From NCBI GenBank assembly GCA_951406725.2, contig OX597823.1, positions 103,416,001-103,480,000 of the forward strand: a DNA stretch of 64,000 bases, in the 5' to 3' direction. The position numbers and the translations under genes were made by a program. The notes beneath the pieces are model-generated. The model ran no database searches and was not told the origin of the DNA. It was given only the letters and a program-made list of their open reading frames with translations. The first letter of the stretch is position 1. Each line of letters begins with the position of its first letter. This DNA comes from Octopus vulgaris. Lineage: Eukaryota. Shown here piece after piece: positions 1 through 11,238 of this stretch.

Positions 1-6
1 TATGTA

Positions 7-75
<69 letters not shown>

Positions 76-90
76 TTATTATATAGAAGG

Positions 91-141
91 AGCTTCTACA
101 GGACTAGTACTGTTTCATTCAAGAGAAATCTTCAGGAAGCT
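91..141 (-). ncRNA. Type I hammerhead ribozyme (left arm copy)
   Basis: Minus strand reads AGCTTC-CTGAAGA-TTTC(TCTT)GAAT-GAAA-CAG(TACTAGTC)CTG-TA-GAAGCT. It has the CUGANGA and GAAA cores, stem I AGCUUC/GAAGCU, stem III ACAG/CUGU and a GUA cleavage triplet. Stem II is 3 bp plus a U.U closing pair. Confidence 0.8.
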
Positions 142-329
142 ATTTAACAAGAATTGTATTAGCATTTATACATTTAGGCAGGTTTAAAGGAGTGGTGGTG
201 GGGGACTTTTTGGGGGTAGGCATAGCGCAAAATATCATACTCGGGGGAGTGGTCAAGGAGTCAGTGGTAAGTTAGATGAAAGAATAGATAAATAAAATAG
301 ATAAATAAAAAAAATAAAAAAATAAAAAA

Positions 330-360
<31 letters not shown>

Positions 361-586
361 TAAAATAAAAAAATAAAAAATAAAATAAAAAAATAAAAAA
401 TATAAAAAATATATATAAAAAATATATATATAAAATATATATATATATAAAAAAAATATAAAAAAATATATATATAAAAAGGGGGGATAGAGTTATAGGT
501 AAATAAGGAGATTCTCACTTATACCTATACACACATGTATACGTATCTACACACACATACATACATACACATATATATACACACAC

Positions 587-633
<47 letters not shown>

Positions 634-747
634 CCTACACATACACACATACATACATACAAATATACATATACATATATATATATATATACAATCCAAT
701 ACAGGCCCATTCCCTAATTTTAATTTTATTATCTTCATTTATTACTT

Positions 748-1000
748 TTGTTATCTTTGATCGCTAGGGCTAAGAATCCTGGCAATGGCTGCCTGTCCAT
801 TTGTCTGTCTACTAGAAGGCAAGTACTCATTCCCGCACGCACACTCATTAGCACGTACATTCACCCATTCGTACACTCATACACATACACGTACGCACGC
901 GTTATATTCATACATACAAACATCTACATACGTTCACGTATATACACATACGTACTCGTACCTACAGATTCGTGTCTACACTTTAGGAGGCTAGTCTATA
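748..1000 (+). mobile_element. Degenerate Penelope-like element ORF C-terminus (GIY-YIG endonuclease tail); mirrored at ~2075-2326 on -
   Basis: Two frames give [12 protein letters not shown] / CPFVCLLEGKYS and later DSCLHFRRL. These resemble the I.rA..y.pg...C.lCL.EK...CrH tail of invertebrate Penelope GIY-YIG domains. Frameshifted and invaded by microsatellite. Confidence 0.5.
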
Positions 1001-1098
1001 CATATACACCAATAAATATACATATATATATATATATATATATACCCGCATATACATACACACACACACATATATATACTCCTACATACAGATACATA

Positions 1099-1144
<46 letters not shown>

Positions 1145-1346
1145 CATATATATATATACACATACATACACATACACACATACATATACACACACATACA
1201 TACACATATATATATACATACACAAACATATATACACACATATATATATACATACACACATACACACATACATACGTATACATACATACATACATCCATA
1301 CATCCATACTTACATGCATTTATACGCATACACACACCCATCTATA

Positions 1347-1385
<39 letters not shown>

Positions 1386-1696
1386 TCACACATACATATA
1401 CAAATCTACGCACACACATACATACATACACGTATACGCATACACGCACATACACATATACATGCGTACCCATACACGTGCACACACGCACGCGCATCCA
1501 TATATATACACACACACACATATATATACACGTGTGCAAACACGTGTGTATATATATGTGTGTGTGTGTATATATATGGATGCGCGTGCGTGTGTGCACG
1601 TGTATGGGTACGCATGTATATGTGTATGTGCGTGTATGCGTATACGTGTATGTATGTATGTGTGTGCGTAGATTTGTATATGTATGTGTGAGTGTG

Positions 1697-1728
<32 letters not shown>

Positions 1729-1922
1729 TATAGATGGGTGTGTGTATGCGTATAAATGCATGTAAGTATGGATGTATGGATGTATGTATGTATGTATACG
1801 TATGTATGTGTGTATGTGTGTATGTATATATATATGTGTGTATATGTGTGTGTATGTATATATATATGTGTGTATGTATGTGTGTGTATATGTATGTGTG
1901 TATGTGTATGTATGTGTATATA

Positions 1923-1970
<48 letters not shown>

Positions 1971-2444
1971 TATGTATCTGTATGTAGGAGATATATATGT
2001 GTGTGTGTGTATGTATATGCGGGTATATATATATATATATATATTTATATATGTATATTTATTGGTGTATATGTATAGACTAGCCTCCTAAAGTGTAGAC
2101 ACGAATCTGTAGGTACGAGTACGTATGTGTATATACGTGAACGTATGTAGATGTTTGTATGTATGAATATAACGCGTGCGTACGTGTATGTGTATGAGTG
2201 TACGAATGGGTGAATGTACGTGCTAATGAGTGTGCGTGCGGGAATGAGTACTTGCCTTCTAGTAGACAGACAAATGGACAGGCAGCCATTGCCAGGATTC
2301 TTAGCCCTAGCGATCAAAGATAACAAAAGTAATAAATGAAGATAATAAAATTAAAATTAGGGAATGGGCCTGTATTGGATTGTATATATATATATATATA
2401 TATGTATATGTATATTTGTATGTATGTATGTGTGTATGTGTAGG

Positions 2445-2495
<51 letters not shown>

Positions 2496-2928
2496 ATATA
2501 TATGTGTATGTATGTATGTGTGTGTAGATACGTATACATGTGTGTATAGGTATAAGTGAGAATCTCCTTATTTACCTATAACTCTATCCCCCCTTTTTAT
2601 ATATATATTTTTTTATATTTTTTTATATATATATATATTTTATATATATATTTTTTATATATATTTTTTATATTTTTTATTTTTTTATTTTTTTTTTATT
2701 TTTATTTTATTTTATTTTTTTATTTTTATTTTTTATTTTTTATTTTTTATTTTTTTATTTTTTTTATTTATCTATTTTATTTATCTATTCTTTCATCTAA
2801 CTTACCACTGACTCCTTGACCACTCCCCAGTATGATATTTTGCGCTATGCCTACCCCCAAAAAGTCCCCCACCACCACTCCTTTAAACCTGCCTAAATGT
2901 ATAAATGCTAATACAATTCTTGTTAAAT

Positions 2929-2979
2929 AGCTTCCTGAAGATTTCTCTTGAATGAAACAGTACCAGTCCTGTAGAAGCT
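2929..2979 (+). ncRNA. Type I hammerhead ribozyme (right arm copy)
   Basis: AGCTTC(2929-34) CTGAAGA(2935-41) TTTC-TCTT-GAAT GAAA(2954-57) CAG-TACCAGTC-CTG TA(2972-73) GAAGCT(2974-79). Predicted cleavage is after A2973. AATAAA follows at ~2990. Confidence 0.8.
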
Positions 2980-3062
2980 CCTTCTATATAATAAATTAAT
3001 TTTACTCTGCTATGTATTGAGTACCTTACTTACTGTGGTTAACCCCGAATCAACCCGGGACC

Positions 3063-3132
<70 letters not shown>

Positions 3133-3144
3133 CATATATATATA

Positions 3145-3340
3145 AAGTTAATCTAAACATGAAAACACAAAGAGAAGACACAACAACGCGAGGACGTGGA
3201 ACAAGTATAGTGTTATTGGACGATCAGGAAAGGAGAGAGAGATCGAGCGGAGATCTTCGTCAGAAACATACGAAAAGGAAAGATCCAAGGAAGGGAAGAC
3301 GGAGGAAAAAATCGCCAACAATACACACGCGGTCACACGT

Positions 3341-3342
<2 letters not shown>
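3145..3342 (-). mobile_element. ~200-bp non-autonomous hammerhead-bearing repeat (PLE pLTR/retrozyme-like), copy 1
   Basis: Reverse-complement match to 44389-44594. Contains GTTT-CTGACGA-AGATC-TCC-GCTC, but the GAAA half is lost. Flanked by (TA)n on both sides. Confidence 0.7.
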
Positions 3343-3378
<36 letters not shown>

Positions 3379-3380
3379 AT

Positions 3381-4657
3381 AAAGTCATCCCATAAGTTCT
3401 GTCCGAATTTTGAATAAAGAAAACAAGTGATCAAATGTTATGTTTAATTGAAATTTAATCATCAATGTACTTTCCCTGATTATCTATGACTTCCTTCCAT
3501 CTATTTACAAGCTTCTTAATCTCATCAATGTAAAACTCTTTTGATTTGAAAGTGAAGAGCTCTGAAATGCCAGTTTCGACCTCCTCCTAGCTTGCAAAAG
3601 TTATGTTCCCTAAATGATTTAGTAAACTACGAAACAAATGGTAGTCTGAAGGAGCAAGGTCGGGAAAATAAGGTGGATGAGGAATTTTTTCCCAATCAAG
3701 CTCTTCGATCTTCTGTGATGTGATCTTTGCAGTGTGGGGTCACGCATTGTCCTGATGAAACATCACCCCTTTTCGATTCACTAAAGTGAGTCTTTTTTTT
3801 TCTTTAAAGCTTGGTTCAAGCGCTCTAATTACTGATAGTAGACTTGAGCATTGATTGTTGCATTACGTGGTAACAATTTAAAGTGAATTACTCCTTTACA
3901 ATCCCACCAGTTAGAGAGGAACTTTTTTCCATGAAATTCCCTTCTCAGCTGTGGTTGAGCTTTTTCCCTTTTACCAAGCCACTGTTTACGACGTTTAACA
4001 TTTCGATAGAAGACCCATTTTTCGTCACCAGTCACAAGTCTATAAAAATTAGTTCGCGAGGATGGAGAGAAGAGCAGATGTCAACTCGGGATTTGCAGTT
4101 GCTTTCGGACAATTCATGAGGCACTCATTTACCAAGTTTAGGAACCTTTCCAAGTTGTTGAAGATGACGATGAACAGTTGTATGGTTTGAGCTAAGCTTT
4201 ATTGCCAATTCTTCAACTGATAATGCAGGATTTTCTTTGCGTAATGCTTCAACGAGCTTATCATCAAACTCAACTGGACGTCCTTTTCGATCTTCATCTT
4301 CAAGGCTGAAATCTCCACTTCTGAATTTTGCAAACGAACTTCTGCAAGTTCTTTCATTCAAGCATTCTTTCCCATAAACTGAGTGTATGTTTCGAGTCAC
4401 TTCGACTGCAGAGTTTCCTTTTTTTGTACTCATAAAGCGTTATGTGCCTTCAATGCTCTTTGGATACTTCCATGTTAGAAAGGGTTTTAATCAAAGAAAT
4501 TTTAATTCTATTATTCTGTAAAATAATATTTAATTAGTTTAAATGTACACAAATGCATAAAAATAATTTTAAATGCCATTAGACATTCTAAAATACTATT
4601 AAATTTCATTCAATTTTAAAAAAGGTAAAATCGGACAGAACTTATGGGATGACCTGA
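3381..4657 (-). mobile_element. Full-length (~1.28 kb) inactive mariner DNA transposon
   Basis: TIRs GTCATCCCATAAGTTCTGTCCGA (3384-3406) and its reverse complement (4631-4653), in TA context. Broken ORF with HTH segment (FAKFRSGDFSLEDEDRKGRP), TGDEKWVFY, HQDNA and HPPYFPDLAPSDYHLF motifs. Confidence 0.93.
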
Positions 4658-4659
4658 TA

Positions 4660-5110
4660 TATTAGGTTGTTCCGAAAATAATGACCGATTTCAGAAACAA
4701 TTTTATTCTGGAAAAATTAACAATAGAAATGTTTTGATTATCTAAAAATGACATTTTCTTTTTGTTTATTAAAGAAAGTGAAACGCAGTAGTTGGAACCC
4801 TTCCAAATGTGACGATACCTTGTAACAAATGAAAATTTTATTCAATGGACTTAGTTGTTTTCCCTCGCTTCACTAATATCCAGCTGTGTGCAACAGCAAG
4901 ACCTTGTTCGCTATCTGTCAGAGATCTGTGTGTATTTATAGACTTGGTGTGTGTATGTGTTAATGAAACCTCGTTATTTTAATGTGAGGCAAAAATAGTA
5001 AAGCTCTACACTAAATATTTTCTAGTAGTTAGTCTCGCATCTCAATGTCCTCACATGACATATCACCGATATAAATAAACACTTATAAGTTTTATTTCGA
5101 ACGGATATTT
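4660..5110. mobile_element. Probable second mariner remnant abutting the first
   Basis: TATTAGGTTGTTCCGAAAATAATGACCGATTT resembles a mariner TIR start. No coding motif recognised and the right boundary is uncertain. Confidence 0.4.
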
Positions 5111-5133
5111 CAAAACAGATTATATCTGTTAAA

Positions 5134-5600
5134 TACGAGGTGATACTCAAAAGAAACCGGAATTTTGCAATATTATTTTATTCACTTGGTTTTACATGTT
5201 GACACTTTTATCGCCTTCAAAGTATTCTCCATTCGAAGCAATGCATAGCGCCAGACCCGTTTTCCACTCTTCGAAGCAGTGCTGGAACTCTTGCGAAGTG
5301 ATGATTTTTAACTCCTCCATCGTTTGTTTCTTCACCTCTTCCACATCTGCAAATTCCGTAGCACCAGCTTTTGTCACCAGTGATGACCTTCGAAAAAAGG
5401 TCAGGATCAACTTCCAACTGTCAACGACACGCATTCAATCGTGACTGCTTTTGTTTTTCCGTGAGCAAGCGAAGCACAAATTTTGCTGAAACTCTTTTCA
5501 TTCGCAATTCCTCGCTCAAAATTCGTTGGCAAGAGTTCCAGAACACACCAATCATATCAGCAAGTTCGTCAATTGTTCGGTGACGGTCCTCCAGGATCAC
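5134..5600 (-). mobile_element. Internally deleted mariner transposase remnant
   Basis: TIR-like TACGAGGTGATACTCAAAAGAAACCGGA. Peptide pieces: AKFVLRLLTEKQKQSRL, FSKVITGDKSWCYG joined directly to FADVEEVKK...QHCFEEWK...CIASNGEYFEGD. Confidence 0.85.
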
Positions 5601-6319
5601 TTCATGAATTTGAACTGAGAACGGACAAAATGCCGCTAAGCATTTCGGCCGGCGCGCTAAAGATTCTGCCAGCTCACCACTTTACTTTTCCTAGTAATTT
5701 AAAAGAAATATCATCATCATCATTGTTCGACCGTGGTCGAGACTTTCATAGTCTTTTCAAATGGCTAATAATGTGTGCGCGCGCCACTACTACACACATT
5801 GGAAAGCATTGTACAACCAAGTACTAAAGAAGATCTTTCCTCCTCCATGAAACAAAGCTGTTCCCGCTGGACGTCAACCCAGTATTTCTAAGCTACGAAC
5901 CCAGTGATTTATTGTAAGGTTATCTCCCTAGATAGATTGCCTTCACTACGGCTAAGGAGCCCTTTCTACCCCATGAAATATAATAGCGTCACTCTTTGTT
6001 CATTTAGAACATCACCACACTCCACCCCACCGCCACCGTATACTTTTCTTTAGTCTTTCTCAGAGCTGCAGTAACAGTCAGACCAGTTTATCTCATAGGA
6101 TATGGCTAAGTTCTTTGCCTCTTGGGAAGCCAGACGAGATGGACAATTTAACAAGTTTAATGTAATAAATACCGTTTCCAACTCATTAAAATGACCAGCA
6201 CATTAGCAAAGAAAGACAGAAGAAATACATGAATGCAAATTATATTGTCTTCCATTTATAAAGTGAATGGTGGTGGTTTTGATTAATGAGTGTGTTTGCG
6301 TGTGTATATATATATATAT

Positions 6320-6520
6320 CAGTGCTTTTCAAACTTTTTGCTGAAGCGGAACCCCAAGTACACATTCCACTGGCTCGAGGAACCCCTGTGCAATAATTTA
6401 ATAGTCTTATGCACACATATCTGCATGGGAAAATTAAAAATTACTGTCGATTTTAGCAGTTTTGTAACTTCTTGCGGAACCCCTGGACTGTACTGGCGGA
6501 ACCCTGGTTGAAAACCACTG
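6320..6520. mobile_element. hAT-type MITE, copy 1 (201 bp)
   Basis: TIR CAGTGCTTTTCAA...TTGAAAACCACTG, inserted in (TA)n. Highly similar to 20989-21189. Confidence 0.88.
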
Positions 6521-6549
6521 ATATATATATATATATATATGTATATATA

Positions 6550-7136
6550 GGTATATGCATGGGTGTTTGGTAAGAAGGTTGCCTCTCAACTAGATGGTGC
6601 CGGGCTCGGTCACACTGCATAGCATACTGGGCAATTATCTTCTACTATAGCCTAGGGCCTGCCTTTTGAGTGGGTTTGCTAAACGGAAACTGGAAGAAGC
6701 CTGTCATGTATATATATATATATATATATATATAATTATAAAAAACCGTTTTCATATATATATATATATATATATACATCCGAAAACAGTTTTTAATAAT
6801 GATATAATGTACCCATTAGTCAATTAAAGAATTCGTTGTAAACAGCTGTAATGAATTGACATCTATCCATCGTTTGTTATTTATTTATATAAATACATGG
6901 CTGTGTATGTGTGTGTGTGTGTTTGTTTGTGTTTGTGTTTGTTTGTGTCTGTGTTTGTCCCTCACCACCGCTTGACAACCGGTGCTGGTGTGTTTATGTC
7001 TCCGTAACTTAGTGGTTAAAGAGACGGATAGAATAAGAATCAAGCTTAAAAAAGTAAGTACTGAGGGTCGATCCGTTCTACTAAAATCCTTCAAGGTGGT
7101 CGCAGTCCAATAGCTTAAACAAATAAAAGAGTAAAA

Positions 7137-7140
<4 letters not shown>
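6550..7140 (+). mobile_element. tRNA-derived SINE family B, degenerate and interrupted copy
   Basis: Matches segments of 50161-50585 (TCTTCTACTATAGCC, ACGGAAACTG, GCTTGACAACCG...GTGTTTA, GATAGAATAAG). Confidence 0.75.
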
Positions 7141-7178
<38 letters not shown>

Positions 7179-7179
7179 T

Positions 7180-7380
7180 GTATTCTTTTATTCTTTTACT
7201 TGTTTCAGTCATTTGACTGCGGCCATACTGGAGCACTACCTTTAATCAGGGAAATCGACCCCAGGACTTATTCTTTGTTAGCCTAGTACTTATTCTATGA
7301 GTCTCTTTTGCCGAACCGTTAAGTTTCGTGGACGTAAACACACCAAAATCGGTTGTCAAGCGGGAAACAAGCGCAGACAC
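7180..7380 (-). mobile_element. SINE family B 3' part
   Basis: Reverse complement of the 3' half of 50161-50585 (TTTTACTTGTTTCAGTCATTTGACTGCGGCCAT...). Confidence 0.8.
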
Positions 7381-7390
7381 ACACACACAA

Positions 7391-7443
<53 letters not shown>

Positions 7444-7444
7444 T

Positions 7445-7495
<51 letters not shown>

Positions 7496-8088
7496 GTTCA
7501 ACAAATTCGTTCATATTTATGCAATGGAGGAGAATTAGATGGTAAAATGGATTATACTTTTTATTATTCGTGTTACTATACAATTTTTTCATACAAAAAG
7601 TCTCAGATATTCATAATAGAAATCGGAAAAGTCAAATGTATATTCGTCGGTAGCTAGGATAAAAGCTAAAAAAGACGTTAGAAGTACATAGATTTTTCCC
7701 TTATTAATCATATTGTAATAATTTGTTCTTGGAGTCATGCCTATTTTAAACGAGTCTTGTTTAAAATAGGCATAACACCAAGAACAAATTATTACACTGA
7801 AAACTGCACTGAAAATCTGTTCAGAAGTTAACACTGCAACAGTATTCATTAAGAGAAACTACAGGAACATTCGTCGTTCGCTTAAAACCAATGACGTCAC
7901 CAAAAAATTCTTTTCGACCCTTTAGAATTGGAAGTTTTGAAAAGTAAAATTTTGCTCTATGTAGCTTGTTATTCTCTTTAAGTGAACCACAAAATACTCA
8001 AATGATTCTTCAACACCACTCAATGATTTTATTGTTTTTATATTTTATATGTATATATACATACACACGCACACATATAAACGTATAT

Positions 8089-8139
<51 letters not shown>

Positions 8140-8171
8140 TCATCTCTCATACGTCCTAACTTTTTATGGTT

Positions 8172-8225
<54 letters not shown>

Positions 8226-8427
8226 TGTGTGTGTGTGTGTGCGTGTGTATATATATATATACACACACACACATATATATATATATATATCTTGTATTTC
8301 GGAATGGTCATTTTGCCAGTTTAGCCAATAAAAACACACGCACTATATATTTGGTGTTACTTTGCTTCAGTGTTATTTATTTTTTACATTAATCTTAATC
8401 TTATTTCGGCCAGTAAAACGGACAGTA

Positions 8428-8650
8428 AGCATAATTAAATCTCAGAATGAGATTGAAATGACCTCCCTTTGCAAATACTCCAAGGGCACTGATATTGTGT
8501 CTAAAGCCAGCTAGAGACGAGGATCTCTTGGGGCTATAAAGCTACAGTAACACCCCCTCCCCAATGTGGTTAGCCATGATAAGATGGCTTCTATACTTAA
8601 CATTATCGAGCGATTACTGCTTCAATCTCATTCTGGGATTTAATTATGCT
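8428..8650. mobile_element. MITE with 30-bp TIRs
   Basis: AGCATAATTAAATCTCAGAATGAGATTGAA (8428-) vs TTCAATCTCATTCTGGGATTTAATTATGCT (-8650), 1 mismatch. No ORF. Confidence 0.75.
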
Positions 8651-9081
8651 ATATATATATAGTTTCGACAAAAGAGACCTATAGAATAAGTAACAGACCT
8701 AAGATATAAGAATTGAGGACCATTTATTCAACTAGAATTCTACAAGGCGGTGCCCCAGCATGGGGCAGTCCAATGACTGAAGCAAGTAGATGAACGATAT
8801 ATATATATATGCAAACACACACATACACTCACATGTGTATGTACCTACGCATGTATGTATGTATGTATGTATGTATGTATGTATGTATGTTATGTATGTA
8901 TGTATGTATGTACATGCACTTGTCTATTCATATGGGCAAAGTGATATCATTTACCACTTATCAACAGCCTCCTACACACGGATGTATCAATATACACCTA
9001 CATCAACATAAATTGATACTTGATGCAGCAGTCTAAATAGATTGTGATGAAACATACTATTAACAGACGCGCGCGCACATG

Positions 9082-9128
<47 letters not shown>

Positions 9129-9202
9129 TCACACACACACACAAAGAGACATATACACGCACACATTCACACGGACATGTATGTATGTGTGTGTGTCTAT
9201 AT

Positions 9203-9233
<31 letters not shown>

Positions 9234-9746
9234 CAAACACATACACACACACTTATATACATACACACATATGCATAAGGCCTTTAAAACACTCAACCAC
9301 ATGTTTCTTCTAAGTTTTGCTTGCGCGCAAACGCACACATACGGACAGAGAATGGCTCACAAATACGCATACGCAGCGTATTTATGTGTGTGTGTGTGTG
9401 TGTGTCTGTGAGAGAGAGTGAGAGAAAGAGAGAAAGAGAGGGAGAAAAACGTGTTCATATGTACGTGTGTACATATACTGTGTTTCACGAAGACATCCAT
9501 GTACTATGCTACTATATTGCTTCAAATTCTGCTCACCCATATATATCTTACGCACAAACGCGCACATGCATACGCACACACACACACACACACAGACACA
9601 CACACGCACACGCACACACACATGCTCTGATACTCACATACGCATACAACCTTGAACACACATGCATTCTTGGAAACACTTGCACACATTTCAGACACGT
9701 TCTCATCCTCTTCTCACATATCTTCATACTTGTTCTCTCTCTCTCC

Positions 9747-9933
<187 letters not shown>

Positions 9934-10884
9934 GCACATAAAACATACACAGACACACTATCCATATCTACTTAACATATGTATATGCATAAACACATAA
10001 ATACACACAGTTATACATGCAACCCCCCCACCATTTCTCTGTTACATAGACTTTCTCTTTTATTCTCTTATATATACATATATACATATACTCACTTGCA
10101 CGCATATAATTCACACACACACACACACGCACATACATACGTATATGTGTGTGTGTATGTATATATGCAAATTTACACACATTCATAGACGTGTACACAT
10201 ATTCACACACGTACACACATACAGGCGTAGGCACATACGGATACAAACTCACACGCACATATACAGATATGCACACACACGCATACACAAATATTCACAT
10301 ACGAACTCCAGCTTATTATATACCCGCCCCTCTTTTACTAACGATAATCTACACTAACATACACATATACACCCTCAAAAAAAGACAAACAAAAGAACAA
10401 AAAATTTAAAAATATAATAAAAACGATACCAAGCATTAGCCACCCTTATACACCCTTACCATACCGACTACCCTCTTATTTCTGGCCTATTTTTTCAGCT
10501 ACAGTCGTAAGACAATTGGGTATAGAAAGGAAATATGAATTTTTTTTACAGTCTGTCCTGTGCAAGAAGTGCGCTAGTATGCAAAAGAGAAGCGCTGCAT
10601 AGTGTAACGGGAAGTGTGCAAATGCACAGTGTTTTATAGTGCACATGTAGTATGCAGTGTCTAGTGTGCAGTTTGTAGCGTGCAGTGTTAATTATGCAGT
10701 TTGTGATGTGCAACCTGTACTGTGTACCGTTTCACATCAGTGTAATAGTAACAAAACCGCGCCATTACATTATGTTTCACAAATTTTAAGTTAACGGTTT
10801 CGGGTTTCTTATCCAATCTATTTTCTGTAATATTTCTTCTTTCATTCTTTAATTCTTTCACTCGTTCATTTTCAAAAAAAAAAA

Positions 10885-10934
<50 letters not shown>

Positions 10935-10979
10935 TTTAAGCACATTTTTTTAAAACAAATTTCAACCTTTAGTAAACAG

Positions 10980-11194
10980 TGTGACGAGGTTGCAGGATCG
11001 TTAGCGCGTCGGTAGACAAAACCGCTTGGAGGATTTTGTTTCGGCTCTTTGCGTTCTCAGTTCAAATTCCGCCGAGGTCGACTTTTCCTTTCATCCATTT
11101 CGGGGTCGATAAAGTAAGAAACAGTCAAGCTCTGGGGTAGTGATGTAAGTAACTTACCTCTTTCTGTGATAATTACTGGCCGTATGCCAGAATT

Positions 11195-11238
<44 letters not shown>

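Larger units (their letters stand above)
74..2996. repeat. Giant inverted repeat (palindrome), arms ~74-1535 and ~1540-2996, 4-nt spacer GCAA
   Basis: Non-repetitive blocks mirror exactly, e.g. ATTTATTATATAGAAGGAGCTTCTACAGG (74-) vs CCTGTAGAAGCTCCTTCTATATAATAAAT (-2996). The ORF track also mirrors (748+ vs 2326-, 785+ vs 2289-). Centre is ACACGTGT-GCAA-ACACGTGT (1528-1547). Arms differ by a few SNPs/indels and by microsatellite lengths. Confidence 0.97.

Noticed and set aside
7892-7899. CRE site TGACGTCA
   Set aside because: Isolated, and apparently within repeat-like sequence with no gene context.
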